The notes beneath the pieces are model-generated. The model did not search any database, was not told the DNA's origin, and worked only from the letters and a program-made list of their open reading frames with translations. From an uncultured Acidobacteriota bacterium (GTDB lineage: Bacteria > Acidobacteriota > Thermoanaerobaculia > UBA5066 > DATFVB01): a stretch of DNA of 64,000 nucleotides. Below are positions 30,442 to 39,547 of this stretch, in pieces; position 1 is the stretch's first letter; each line of letters opens with the position of its first letter. The stretch covers positions 672,001 to 736,000 of the forward strand of contig CAWEYG010000002.1 of NCBI GenBank assembly GCA_963813155.1. The letters run 5' to 3'. The translations under genes and the position numbers were made by a program.

Positions 30442-31530
30442 ATGTTTCTTCACGGCCGCAATCGATTCTTCATGCATCGCCTCGCGCTTGTTCTGGGCTG
30501 CCTGCTGCTCGTGCGCGGCGCGGCCGCTCAGGATCGATCTTACCCGACGGTTCGGCTTTCCGCGTTCGCGGACATCCTCCTCAGCCATTCGACGCGCGCG
30601 GGAACCACGACCTTCGACTCCGGAGAGCTCGATCCTTTCGTGGAGGTCCAGCTTTCGGAGAAGTGGTCCGGAGTCGCGGAGGGACTCGTCCAGCGCCTGG
30701 AAAGGGGCTCGGACACGGACGTTCCCGGGAAACGGCGAATCGAGTTCGACGTCGAGCGGTTCTTCGCCGCTTACAGCCCTTCCGATTCGTTGCGGATCCA
30801 GGTTGGAGAGGTCAGCACCGGCCTCGTCGAATGGAACGAGCGCGAAGAGCTTCCCCGCTTTGTCCAGACTTCGATCGACGTCCCCTCCATCGCCAAGCGG
30901 CAGGAACAGGGAGGCGCCTGGCCGATGCACCTGATCGGCGCGTGGATCTCGGGCAACGTTCCAGGAGCCGCCGGACTTCGTTACGGAGCCGGTGTCGGCG
31001 AAGGCCGCGGCCAGACGCGCGACGATACCGCCCCGCTGACCGGCCCGACGTCGCCCGCGGGATTGCTGTCGCTCTCGTTCGCCCCCGATTCGGTCCACGG
31101 CTTCGAGATCGGAGGAGCGGCGTTCCTCGACGACATTCCGGCGCCCGAAGGAACCTACCGCGAGCTCGACGAGACCGTTTCCACGAGCTACGTCCAGGGG
31201 CCGATCGAGGTCCGGGGGGAGTGGAGCCGGATGAATCACCGGCCGCGATCAGGCGGACCGACTCGCGTCACGCAGGGATGGTACGCCCTGGCCTCCGTGC
31301 GTCTCCCGGGTCGTCTCCAGGAGCTGCGTCCCTACGTCCTGCTCGACTATCTCGACGTCGCGCGAGACGAGCCCTACCTCAAGGACGTCAACGACCAGCG
31401 GGCCTGGGCCGCGGGAGTGCGGTGGGACGCGACAAGCAAGCTCGTCCTCAAGCTCGATTTTCGGTCGCAACGGGCGAGCTCCGCGGAGTTCGAGCGCCGC
31501 GTTCGCCTGCAAGTGGCGGTCGCCTTTTGA
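30442..31530 (+). CDS. Putative outer-membrane porin-like beta-barrel
   Basis: AAGGGGG RBS; signal peptide; amphipathic strands; C-terminal VRLQVAVAF (terminal Phe). Confidence 0.7.
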   Translation: MFLHGRNRFFMHRLALVLGCLLLVRGAAAQDRSYPTVRLSAFADILLSHSTRAGTTTFDSGELDPFVEVQLSEKWSGVAEGLVQRLERGSDTDVPGKRRIEFDVERFFAAYSPSDSLRIQVGEVSTGLVEWNEREELPRFVQTSIDVPSIAKRQEQGGAWPMHLIGAWISGNVPGAAGLRYGAGVGEGRGQTRDDTAPLTGPTSPAGLLSLSFAPDSVHGFEIGGAAFLDDIPAPEGTYRELDETVSTSYVQGPIEVRGEWSRMNHRPRSGGPTRVTQGWYALASVRLPGRLQELRPYVLLDYLDVARDEPYLKDVNDQRAWAAGVRWDATSKLVLKLDFRSQRASSAEFERRVRLQVAVAF

Positions 31531-32031
31531 AAATCCCGGCGTGCTGGACCCTGGCCGCCGTCCTGGCGCTCCAGGCCGGCAACGAGAAGCGGCCGGCCGG
31601 CGCGGCACGATCGGACGCTCTGGTTTTCGTGGTTTCGGCGCGGCAGTCGCCGACGAAAGCCGTCTCCTCGGTGGAGCTGCGCCAGATTTTCGCGGGGCGA
31701 GTGACACGCTGGAAAGGCGGCCGGCGGATACTCCTCGCAATGCGGCCCGCCGACGACGCCCGCCGGTCGAGCGTTTTTCGAAGATGCCGTCCGGATGTCC
31801 GATATCGATTTCTCTCGCCTCTGGCTGGGAATCATCTTTCGAGGCGAAGCAATGAGTTCGCCCCGGGTCCTCGAGTCGAAAGACGACGTCGAGAGATTTC
31901 TCGCCCGATCCCCCGATGGTCTCTCGTTTCTTCTCTCGAGCGAGAAAGGGAATGCGGAAAAAGTACAACCTCTCCTCGTCGACGGCCTCTCGCCGAACGA
32001 CGCCTCCTATCCGTTCCGGATCTCGGAGTGA
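31527..32031 (+). CDS. Small PstS/PBP-like periplasmic protein, frameshift near 31752
   Basis: TTGA overlap; LVFVVS...ELRQIFAGRVTRW, then FFEDAVRMS...WLGIIFRG..PRVL..VERFLARSPDGLSF..LLVDG in the shifted frame. Confidence 0.65.
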
Positions 32032-32100
32032 CCTGGTTCGATTGCCTCCAAATCCGCAAGAGGGCATAATTCCACTCGAGATCTTGTTTTCGTCAAGCAA

Positions 32101-32798
32101 ATGACACGAAACGTTCGGCGAACCCTCGGCGCGGCTCTGTCACTCGCTCTCGTCTTCCCGGCTGCTCCCCTTCTGGCCGGACACGGGGGCGGGTCGCATG
32201 GCGGAGGCTCTCACAGTGGAGGATCGCACATCGGCGGATCCCACGGTGGCGGGTCGCACAGCGGTGGCTCCCACAGCGGCGGCTCGGCACGGCGGCGGCT
32301 CCCATCGCGGGGGCGGTCATTCGGGCGGCCACGAGCGAAGCCACGGCCGGTCGCACTCGAGCGGCGAATGGATTTTCTTCGGCGCTCCCTTCTGGGGCGG
32401 TCTCGGCTGGTGGTACCCCGATGCCGGGCCGTATGTCGAAGCGCCGGACGAATACCCCCCGGACGAGCGAGAGTACGGACCCGACGGCGCGATCGCGCCG
32501 GATGCGGCGCCCGAAGATTCGGATGCCGACGAGCAGGACGCCGATGAGCCCGAGGACGCGCCGGCGTCACGACCGCGCGATGCTGACCTTCGCCGTCCAG
32601 CCGGACGACGCGGCCGTCTACGTGGACGGGCACCTGCTCGGCACCGCGGAGGAAGTCGGCCGAACTCTTCGCGGCGTGCCCGTCTCGCCGGGCACGCACA
32701 CGATCTCCGTCACTCGCCCCGGTCTCCGGGAATGGTCCTCCGAGATCGACGTCGCGTCCGGCGAATCGCGAAAAGTCGAAGCCTCGCTCGAGCGCTAG
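32101..32798 (+). CDS. Secreted PEGA-domain protein with Gly/His repeats, frameshifts near 32286 and 32565
   Basis: Signal peptide, (xGGSH)n, aromatic FWGGLGWWYP, acidic linker, VQPDDAAVYVDG..G....VSPGTHTISVTRPG PEGA motif, spread over three frames. Confidence 0.75.
32183..32330 (+). repeat. Degenerate 15-nt coding tandem repeat (xGGSH pentapeptide)
   Basis: About nine units such as GGCGGAGGCTCTCAC, AGTGGAGGATCGCAC, ATCGGCGGATCCCAC, GGTGGCGGGTCGCAC, AGCGGTGGCTCCCAC. Confidence 0.8.
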
Positions 32799-32820
32799 TC
32801 GCTCGAAGACTCTCCGGGCC

Positions 32821-35800
32821 CTACGACGCCTGATCCTTCTCCCACGCGTCGCGCGCGGGCGCTTGAATCGGGGCGAGAGATTTCTTCTGCAGCTCCCGGT
32901 TGATCGCCGGAATTTCCGAATTGATCTTTTCGAACTGGCTCCGCGCTTCACCCAGCCTTTCGCCCAGCACCGGGATTTGAGCGAGCTGGCCGGCCGAGGG
33001 CCGTCCTCCGAATCCGTTGATCGCGCCGAAAAGGTCGGTCACCCATTCCCGCAGCTGCCGGTCGGAGTCCGACGGCATGCCCTCGAGGGCAGGATGCGTC
33101 GTCACGAGTGTCCGATGAAGCGCGTCGAGCCGGCCGGCGAGCTGCGACAGCTTTCGCGCGGCCGCGGAGCTCCCGAGCTTTCCCGATCGGTCGAGAGACT
33201 GATCGCGGACGCTCGTGACCGAGTCGGCCAGGAACGCGAGGTCCTCCTGCATCTGGTAGAGCCGCATCATCGCGTCCTGACGGGCCCGAATGTCGGCCGC
33301 GGAGTAAGGCAGGAGCGGATCGGGGGCCAGCACGAGATTTCCCGAGTACGTTTGCGCGCCGTCGATCACCTTCACGGTGTACGTTCCGACCGGAACCGTC
33401 GGCCCCACGAGGGCCCCGACGGCGAGACCGGTCGCGGTCGCCGTCTTGGGCGGCTTCAACCGGGTGTTCCAGAGGACGCGGTTGATTCCCTTCTTGTTAC
33501 TGCCCGGGAGGGTCGCGATCGTCTTGCCCGAGGCGTCGGCGATCTCGATTTTCGATTCGCCGAGGAGGCGCCGCTTGCTGCGGTAGAAGGAAATGACCGC
33601 GGAATCCGAGGGGTTCTCTCCCACGAAATCGCCGTCGCCGTTCCACGACTGCTGTTGAAACGGAATTCGAAGATAGGTCGGACGCGAGGAAAGGATCGTC
33701 ACGTCCGCGGCAAGCACCTCCGGCGTCAGCTGCCGCAGGACGGAGACGTCGTCGACGACGTAAAAGCCTCGCCCGTGCGTCGCCAGGACGAGGTCCGATT
33801 CGCGCGGATGCACCGCGATGTCGCGAACCGGCACCTTCGGAAGGTCTCCGGAAAACTGAGCCCATTCCTTCCCGCCGTCGATCGAAAGGAAGAGCCCCTG
33901 TTCGGTGCCCAGATAGAGAACGGAGGCGGACTTCGGGTCCTCGCGGATCACGTGCGCGTAGCCAGCTACATCGCCCGTCGCGAGCGGCGCCCAGGTTCGG
34001 CCGTAGTCCGTCGTCCGGTACACGTAGGCGGTGAAATCGCCGCGGGCGTGGTTGTCGAAGGTCGCGTACGCCGTGCCCGGCTCCCGGCGGCTCGCTTCGA
34101 TCCCGGAGACCCACGTGCCCTTCGGGACGCCCGGAACGTTGGCGACGACGTTTACCCAGTGCGCGCCGCCGTCGCGCGTGACCTGGAGATTGCCGTCGTC
34201 GGTGCCCGCCCAGATGACCTTTGCATCCAGGGGCGAAGGCGCGATCACGTAGATCGTGCAATGGTTCTCCGCAGAGCTGTCGTCGGGGGTGAGTCCGCCC
34301 GACTCGACCTGCCGCTCGAGCTCCGGGTTATCGGTCGTCAGATCCCCCGAGATCTGCCTCCACGACTCCCCCTGGTCGGTCGACGCGAAGAGGTACTGCG
34401 CGCCGGCCAGCAGCAGATGAGGATCCGCCGGCGACACCACGAACGGCGACTCCCAGTTGAACCGGAGGATCTTCTCGCCCTTCGACGGATACGGGCGGAT
34501 CTGCTTGGTCTCCTTCGTCTTCCGGAAGAACTTGTAGATCTCGCCTCCCTGGTACTCCCAGAAGATGACGTTCGCGTCGGTCGGGTCGGGAAACGTGTAC
34601 ATCCCGTCGCCGAAGCCGAAGTTCTTCCATTCGTCGTTGCCGATCCCGCCCCCGCCGCTCGACGGGCCGTACCAGCAGCCGTTGTCCTGGAAGCCGCCGT
34701 ACACGTTGTACGGCTGCGCCTCGTCGAGCGCGACGCGGTACGGCTGAGAAACGGGAAGCGTCCGCAGGAACATCCAGCGGCCGCCCCGGTCCCACGAAAC
34801 GTAGACGCCCCCGTCGGTGCCGAGCATGAGGTGATCGGAGTTCGCCGGGTCGATCCAGAACGCGTGCGTGTCGGAGTGGTAGCTGCCGAAGTTGAACCCG
34901 GCGCCCGAGAACGATTTTCCGCCGTCCTCGGACATCGTGAGCATGAAGCCCGGTTTGTAGACCCGCTCGGGATTACGGGGATCGACGGCGAGGTGCGAAA
35001 AGTAGAACGGCCGCACGCCCACGTTGAACGAGGTGTTGATCATCCGCCAGGACTCGCCCGAATCGTCGGAACGGTAGAGGGCCGTCCGGCTCGACTCGAC
35101 GGTCGCGTACACGGTTTCGGGACGGGATGGCGCGATCGCGATCGCGATGCGCCCGAGGTCTCCGCCCGGAATTCCATTGACGATCCGCTTCCAGTGGGCG
35201 CCCCCGTCGGCCGACTTGTAGAGCCCGGAGCCCGGCCCGCCCGACCGGAAGAAATCGGGCCGCCGGCGGAAGTCCCACATCGCCGCGTAAACGAGCTTCG
35301 GGTTCTTCGGGTCGATCGCGACATCCGCGCACCCGGTCGAGGCATTCACGTAGAGAGCCTTCTGCCAGGTCTTTCCGCCGTCGGAGGTCTTGAACAGGCC
35401 GCGCTCCGCGCTGTCGTTCCACAGGTGACCCACGGCCGCGACGAAAACCGTCGAAGAGTCGGTCGGGTCAACGGCGACGCGCGCGATACGCTCCGTGTCG
35501 CCGAGACCAACGAGACGCCAGTCATCCCCGCCGTCGTCGGTTCGATAGAGGCCGGAGCCGAGGGAAACGCTGTTTCGCGTGTCCCCCTCCCCGGTGCCGA
35601 CCCACACGGTTTCCGGATGGGCCTGGTCGATCGCGACCGAGCCGATCGATTGCGAGTACTTGTCGAAGACCGGCTTGAACGTCACGCCTCCGTCGATCGA
35701 CTTCCACACTCCGCCGCCGGCCGCGCCGACGTAGATCAGTTTCGGGTTCTTCGCCGACGCATCGATCGCCTCGATTCGGCCGCCGAACACGGCCGGCCCG

Positions 35801-35910
35801 ATCGCTCGCGCGTGCAGCCCGGCGATCGCGGAGGAATCCAGCTTCGCCGCGCTCGAAGAGCCGGCGGCCGCGACCACCGCGGCGAAGAGGAGCGCGAGGC
35901 GATTCTTCAT
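32821..35910 (-). CDS. VPS10/BNR (Asp-box) repeat beta-propeller protein, often annotated as glycosyl hydrolase
   Basis: MKNRLALL signal; AIGPAVFGGRI; many SxDGGxxW Asp-boxes; GGFQDNG; ATHGRG; coiled-coil tail. Confidence 0.88.
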   Translation of the reverse strand: MKNRLALLFAAVVAAAGSSSAAKLDSSAIAGLHARAIGPAVFGGRIEAIDASAKNPKLIYVGAAGGGVWKSIDGGVTFKPVFDKYSQSIGSVAIDQAHPETVWVGTGEGDTRNSVSLGSGLYRTDDGGDDWRLVGLGDTERIARVAVDPTDSSTVFVAAVGHLWNDSAERGLFKTSDGGKTWQKALYVNASTGCADVAIDPKNPKLVYAAMWDFRRRPDFFRSGGPGSGLYKSADGGAHWKRIVNGIPGGDLGRIAIAIAPSRPETVYATVESSRTALYRSDDSGESWRMINTSFNVGVRPFYFSHLAVDPRNPERVYKPGFMLTMSEDGGKSFSGAGFNFGSYHSDTHAFWIDPANSDHLMLGTDGGVYVSWDRGGRWMFLRTLPVSQPYRVALDEAQPYNVYGGFQDNGCWYGPSSGGGGIGNDEWKNFGFGDGMYTFPDPTDANVIFWEYQGGEIYKFFRKTKETKQIRPYPSKGEKILRFNWESPFVVSPADPHLLLAGAQYLFASTDQGESWRQISGDLTTDNPELERQVESGGLTPDDSSAENHCTIYVIAPSPLDAKVIWAGTDDGNLQVTRDGGAHWVNVVANVPGVPKGTWVSGIEASRREPGTAYATFDNHARGDFTAYVYRTTDYGRTWAPLATGDVAGYAHVIREDPKSASVLYLGTEQGLFLSIDGGKEWAQFSGDLPKVPVRDIAVHPRESDLVLATHGRGFYVVDDVSVLRQLTPEVLAADVTILSSRPTYLRIPFQQQSWNGDGDFVGENPSDSAVISFYRSKRRLLGESKIEIADASGKTIATLPGSNKKGINRVLWNTRLKPPKTATATGLAVGALVGPTVPVGTYTVKVIDGAQTYSGNLVLAPDPLLPYSAADIRARQDAMMRLYQMQEDLAFLADSVTSVRDQSLDRSGKLGSSAAARKLSQLAGRLDALHRTLVTTHPALEGMPSDSDRQLREWVTDLFGAINGFGGRPSAGQLAQIPVLGERLGEARSQFEKINSEIPAINRELQKKSLAPIQAPARDAWEKDQAS

Positions 35911-36665
35911 TTCTTCTCTTTCTCGGGCGCCGGTTTCGCGGCCGCCGCCGGCATCGCGAAGATCTTGTCGTCGATCGCGACGTTTGCCTGGATGTCGTCG
36001 ACGGTGAACTGCCCGACCGACTTTCCGCCGACTTTGTTCTCGATCGAATACGGAAAGAGCACGCCGTTGACCGGCTTGAAATTCGTCATGTAGCTGTCGA
36101 CTTCGACTTCCGATCCCTGCTGCTTGCGTTTCGTCGTCTCCTTGACCTGCAGGCTGGTCTCGGTGTCGATGTAGACATACGAAATGTCGCCGTTTTTCAG
36201 GCTGACTTTCAGCTTGTACGCGGGCGATCCGTCGACGTCTTCCTTGCCCAGGAGCTCGACGGAGCTCCCTTTGGCCTTGTAGTCGACGATGGCGCCGTCC
36301 ATGTCCGCCTGCTCGATCACGTCTTTCGCATCGTCTTCCGACATCGCCTGGGGATCGGGCGATCCCAGGAAGGGCATGATCATCCAGGCCGTCTTGCCGT
36401 CGTAGGCCTGCACGATCGTCTTGCCCTGTATCGTCATTTCGAGGCGGACCCTCTCGGGGCGCTTGAGATCCATCTTTCCCGGGAATTCCAGCCCCTGCTG
36501 GTTCGCCTTGATTTTCATTTCGAGGCTCTGGATCGCCTTGATTTTCTCCAGCCCGCCGCGCGCCGCCACGTTCTTCGCGATCACGTCGTCGGCCGTCTCG
36601 GCGGCGGCCGAGGCGGCCAATGCCAGAGACGCCGCGGCGATGAACTTCTTGAGATACAGGCTCAT
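35907..36665 (-). CDS. LolA-like outer-membrane lipoprotein-sorting family protein
   Basis: AAGGAGG RBS; signal peptide; TADDVIAKNVAARGG, QAYDGKTAW, ELLGKEDVDG, YIDTET, VNGVLFP. Confidence 0.75.
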   Translation of the reverse strand: MSLYLKKFIAAASLALAASAAAETADDVIAKNVAARGGLEKIKAIQSLEMKIKANQQGLEFPGKMDLKRPERVRLEMTIQGKTIVQAYDGKTAWMIMPFLGSPDPQAMSEDDAKDVIEQADMDGAIVDYKAKGSSVELLGKEDVDGSPAYKLKVSLKNGDISYVYIDTETSLQVKETTKRKQQGSEVEVDSYMTNFKPVNGVLFPYSIENKVGGKSVGQFTVDDIQANVAIDDKIFAMPAAAAKPAPEKEKK

Positions 36666-36841
36666 GGGAATCCTCCTTACCGCGAGAATTTTCACTCCGG
36701 TTGGCGAATATTACGACGAGAAGGGGAAAACGTTCTCGGGCCGGCGAGATCCCCGAAATACATCCGGCGTTTAACCTTATCGGAGTAGCTTCGGCACCGG
36801 TCTTGCTTCCCCGGCTTCGGGAGAGAGAAACGAGGCGAAAG

Positions 36842-37545
36842 ATGCGGACGAGCCCCGAGCGCAAGTGGCGAAAGAATTTCCGGGTCGCGGCCGCCGCGTG
36901 CCTGATCGTCGACTTTCGCTGCCGAGCCTCCGGGCGCAATCGGACGAACCGTGTTCCGCAACCGCGGACCCGGCCGAAACGCGTCTCCCCGATTCGGTGC
37001 TCGCGATGCGGATGGAAGCCGTGGACGACGCTCCGCCCCCGCCACCGGCGACCCAGCCCTCGCTGCAGGACCTGGGCTTCACGGCGGAACAGACCCGGGG
37101 CAATCTCCTCGATCAGGCCACCCTGGACAAACGATCGCGCATGCTGAAGATGCACCAGAAACTCGGCTTGATCACGCTCGCTCCGCTGCTCGCCACGATC
37201 TTCACGTCGAACAACGCCACCCGGAAGGGAACGTCCGCGGGGCGAAATCTGCACGGCGCGCTCGGCATCGTGACCGCGGGCCTGTACATCACGACCGCGT
37301 CTTACGCCCTTCGGGCGCCGAAACTGCCGGGCACCGAGACCCGGGGCCCCATCCGCCTGCACAAGGCGCTCGCCTGGATCCACGGCATCGGGATGATCCT
37401 GACGCCGATCCTCGGCGCCATGGCGAGGTCCCAGCTCGACCGCGGAGAACGGGTCCACGGAATCGCCTCGGCGCACTCCGCCGTGGCGGACGTCACGGTC
37501 GCCGCCTATGCCGCGGCGATCGGGGCCGTGGCGATCAAGTTTTGA
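36842..37545 (+). CDS. His-containing membrane protein, cytochrome b561-like, frameshift near 36912
   Basis: Four hydrophobic helices each preceded by His (KMHQKLG, NLHGALG, RLHKALAW, SAHSAVA); lies directly upstream of a YceI-like gene. Confidence 0.5.
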
Positions 37546-37564
37546 GACGCGAATGCGGCCGACG

Positions 37565-38125
37565 ATGAACGAACGGGCTCGCTCCACCGTCGCGGCGATC
37601 TTCCTGCTGCTTTCGATCCCCGTGTGCGCGTTCGCCGACAGCCAGTGGACGCTCGAAAAATCGACGCTCGCGTACCACGTTTCCCACCCATTGCACGAGA
37701 CGGAGGGAGTCAGCCACGAAGCCCGCGGCAAGGCGATCTGCCGGGGCGGCCAGTGCGAAATCCTCGTCGCGGTGCCCGTCAAGTCGTTCGATTCGGGAGA
37801 CAGCAACCGCGACCTCCACATGCTGCAGGTGGCGCGCGGCGCGCAGTTCCCCATGGTCGTCGTCCGCGCGCGCGTGCCCGAGACGGCCGCCCAGTCCCCG
37901 TCGGTCGACGTGGACCTGGAAATTCAGTTTGCAGGGCAGACCGTCAGCTACAAGAAAGTTCCGTTCCACCCGACGCCCCAGGGCGACGGGATCCGGATCA
38001 CCGGAACGATTCCGGCGACGCTCGCGGATTTCAAAATCGACCCGCCGACGCTCCTGACGGTGCCGACCAAGAACGAAATCCCGATCCGCGTCGACTTGTT
38101 CGTGCGCCGCCGGCCGGCAAAATAG
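37565..38125 (+). CDS. YceI-family lipid/polyisoprenoid-binding protein
   Basis: Signal peptide; STLAYHVSHPLH, FDSGDSNRDLHM, FPMV, LADFKIDPP. Confidence 0.82.
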   Translation: MNERARSTVAAIFLLLSIPVCAFADSQWTLEKSTLAYHVSHPLHETEGVSHEARGKAICRGGQCEILVAVPVKSFDSGDSNRDLHMLQVARGAQFPMVVVRARVPETAAQSPSVDVDLEIQFAGQTVSYKKVPFHPTPQGDGIRITGTIPATLADFKIDPPTLLTVPTKNEIPIRVDLFVRRRPAK

Positions 38126-38154
38126 AACCGATTTCAAACAGAAATTTGGACGAC

Positions 38155-38172
38155 TGTCCGATTTTTCGGACA
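38155..38172. promoter_or_regulatory. Palindromic operator or enhancer site
   Basis: TGTCCGA-TTTT-TCGGACA, a perfect 7-bp inverted repeat; a second half-site GGACG at 38148-38152. Confidence 0.65.
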
Positions 38173-38212
38173 ATCGAATCCCGTAACCTTTCGGTTTAAT
38201 TGGACGAGTCGC

Positions 38213-38228
38213 TGGCATTGGCCGTGCT
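38213..38228 (+). promoter_or_regulatory. Putative sigma-54 (-24/-12) promoter
   Basis: TGGCATTGGCCGTGCT: GG(38214-38215)-N10-GC(38226-38227); the ATG at 38243 is 16 nt after the -12 C. Confidence 0.6.
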
Positions 38229-38242
38229 CATCCTTCCCGCCG

Positions 38243-38677
38243 ATGGCACGAGGCCCCCTCCTGGCAGCCGGCAATTCGACCGACGCCAGCCGAACAGACT
38301 ACTTTCCCGGACTTCCGCAATCGTTCGGACGAGCGCTGCGCGAACAACGAGAGAGCCGCAACGTCGGGCTGCGACGCCTGGCGCGCGTCAGCGGCCTGAG
38401 CGCGTCGTACCTGTCGCGCATCGAGCGCGATCTCGTGCCGCCGCCGAGCCTCAAACTCATCCACGAGCTCGCGCGGGCGCTGGGCGCCGACCCCGAGGTC
38501 CTGCTCGCGGCCGCCGGCGTCATTCCCGATCATCTTCTGGCGGTCCTGCGAGAGAGGCCGGCGCCGATGGCGCTGCTCCTCGCCGTCATGGGGCGGATGA
38601 CCGACGACGAGCTCCTCGGGGTGTGCGCGGAGCTTCGCCATCGGCAAGGGTTGAAGACCGCAGAAAAAGACGGATAG
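38243..38677 (+). CDS. XRE-family HTH transcriptional regulator (paralog of 53998-54414)
   Basis: SFGRALREQRE..GLRRLARVSGLSASYLSRIERDLVPPPS..LARALG..LLAAAG. Confidence 0.88.
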   Translation: MARGPLLAAGNSTDASRTDYFPGLPQSFGRALREQRESRNVGLRRLARVSGLSASYLSRIERDLVPPPSLKLIHELARALGADPEVLLAAAGVIPDHLLAVLRERPAPMALLLAVMGRMTDDELLGVCAELRHRQGLKTAEKDG

Positions 38678-38686
38678 AGTGGCGGC

Positions 38687-39215
38687 ATGATGAAAGTGCT
38701 GCTCGGAATCGCGCTCGGAGTGCTGCTCGTCGCCGGCGCCGTCTTGTTCTATTTCTCCACCGGCCGCGCCCCGGTCGCAGCGTCGGCTCCCCCGATGCCG
38801 TTCGAGAGAACGTTCGCCCGAATGGGGCTGCATGCGTATCTGGCGCGGCTTCCGCACCCGAAGCCTCCGATTCCGGCTGACGAAGCGAACCTCCTCGCCG
38901 GAGCGATGATCTACCGGGAAGAATGCGCCGTCTGCCACGGGCTGCCGGGGCTGGACAAGAGCGCGATCGCCCGGGGCATGTTTCCGCCGCCGCCACCGCT
39001 GTTCCAGGGCAAGGGCGTGACCGACGACGAGCCGTGGGAGTCGTACTGGAAGGTCGAAAACGGGATTCGAATGTCGGGAATGCCGGAGTTCAAAGGCAGC
39101 CTCACGGAGACGCAGATCTGGCAGGTGAGCGTCGCTCGTCGCGAACGCGGACAAGCTGCCCGCGACGGTCCGAAACGAGCTCTCCTCGACGGCGGCCGCT
39201 CCTACAGCGAAGTAG
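38687..39215 (+). CDS. Membrane-anchored cytochrome c, frameshift near 39133
   Basis: N-terminal TM, ECAVCHG, GMFPPPPPL, WKVENGIRMSGMPEF; the shifted frame ends ANADKLP...APTAK-TAG (39213-39215). Confidence 0.85.
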
Positions 39216-39309
39216 AGAAGATCCCGCATCCCTCTCCCCGGAGAGATACAATCGAGGCCACAGGACGACACCGGCCGCGCCGCACGAGACGCGCCGATAT
39301 GGAGAAGAC

Positions 39310-39498
39310 ATGACAAGACGGACGCGCGACGAGGGAGAAGACTGCCCGATCGGCAAATGCAAGGCCCGCGGATTTCATTTTCGCGAAGAGGCCGTGCAGA
39401 ACGGCCAACCGATGACGAACTGGCACTGCCCCGACGGCTCGTCGCATCTCCTGCCACGAGAGTGGAAACCGGAAGAAGAGCGGCCGGCGAAAAAGTAA
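39310..39498 (+). CDS. Small hypothetical protein (62 aa) with Cys/His cluster
   Basis: GGAGAA RBS, ATG 39310; CPIGKC...WHCPDGSSH. Confidence 0.5.
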   Translation: MTRRTRDEGEDCPIGKCKARGFHFREEAVQNGQPMTNWHCPDGSSHLLPREWKPEEERPAKK

Positions 39499-39547
39499 CC
39501 GGGTCGGTTTGAACCTCCGATAGAATCCGCGACTTGAGAGACACCGC

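Noticed and set aside
32183-32330. Tandem repeats as a possible CRISPR array
   Set aside because: 15-nt degenerate coding repeats without unique spacers; no cas genes in the window.
35911-37854. N-terminal extension of the 1677-aa ORF 32821..37854
   Set aside because: The real gene starts at 35910 with a signal peptide; the extension overlaps the LolA-like gene and plus-strand genes.
38244-38259. Perfect TGGCACG -24 element
   Set aside because: No GC at the -12 position (reads CC), and it lies within the XRE start; the box at 38213 has correct spacing.
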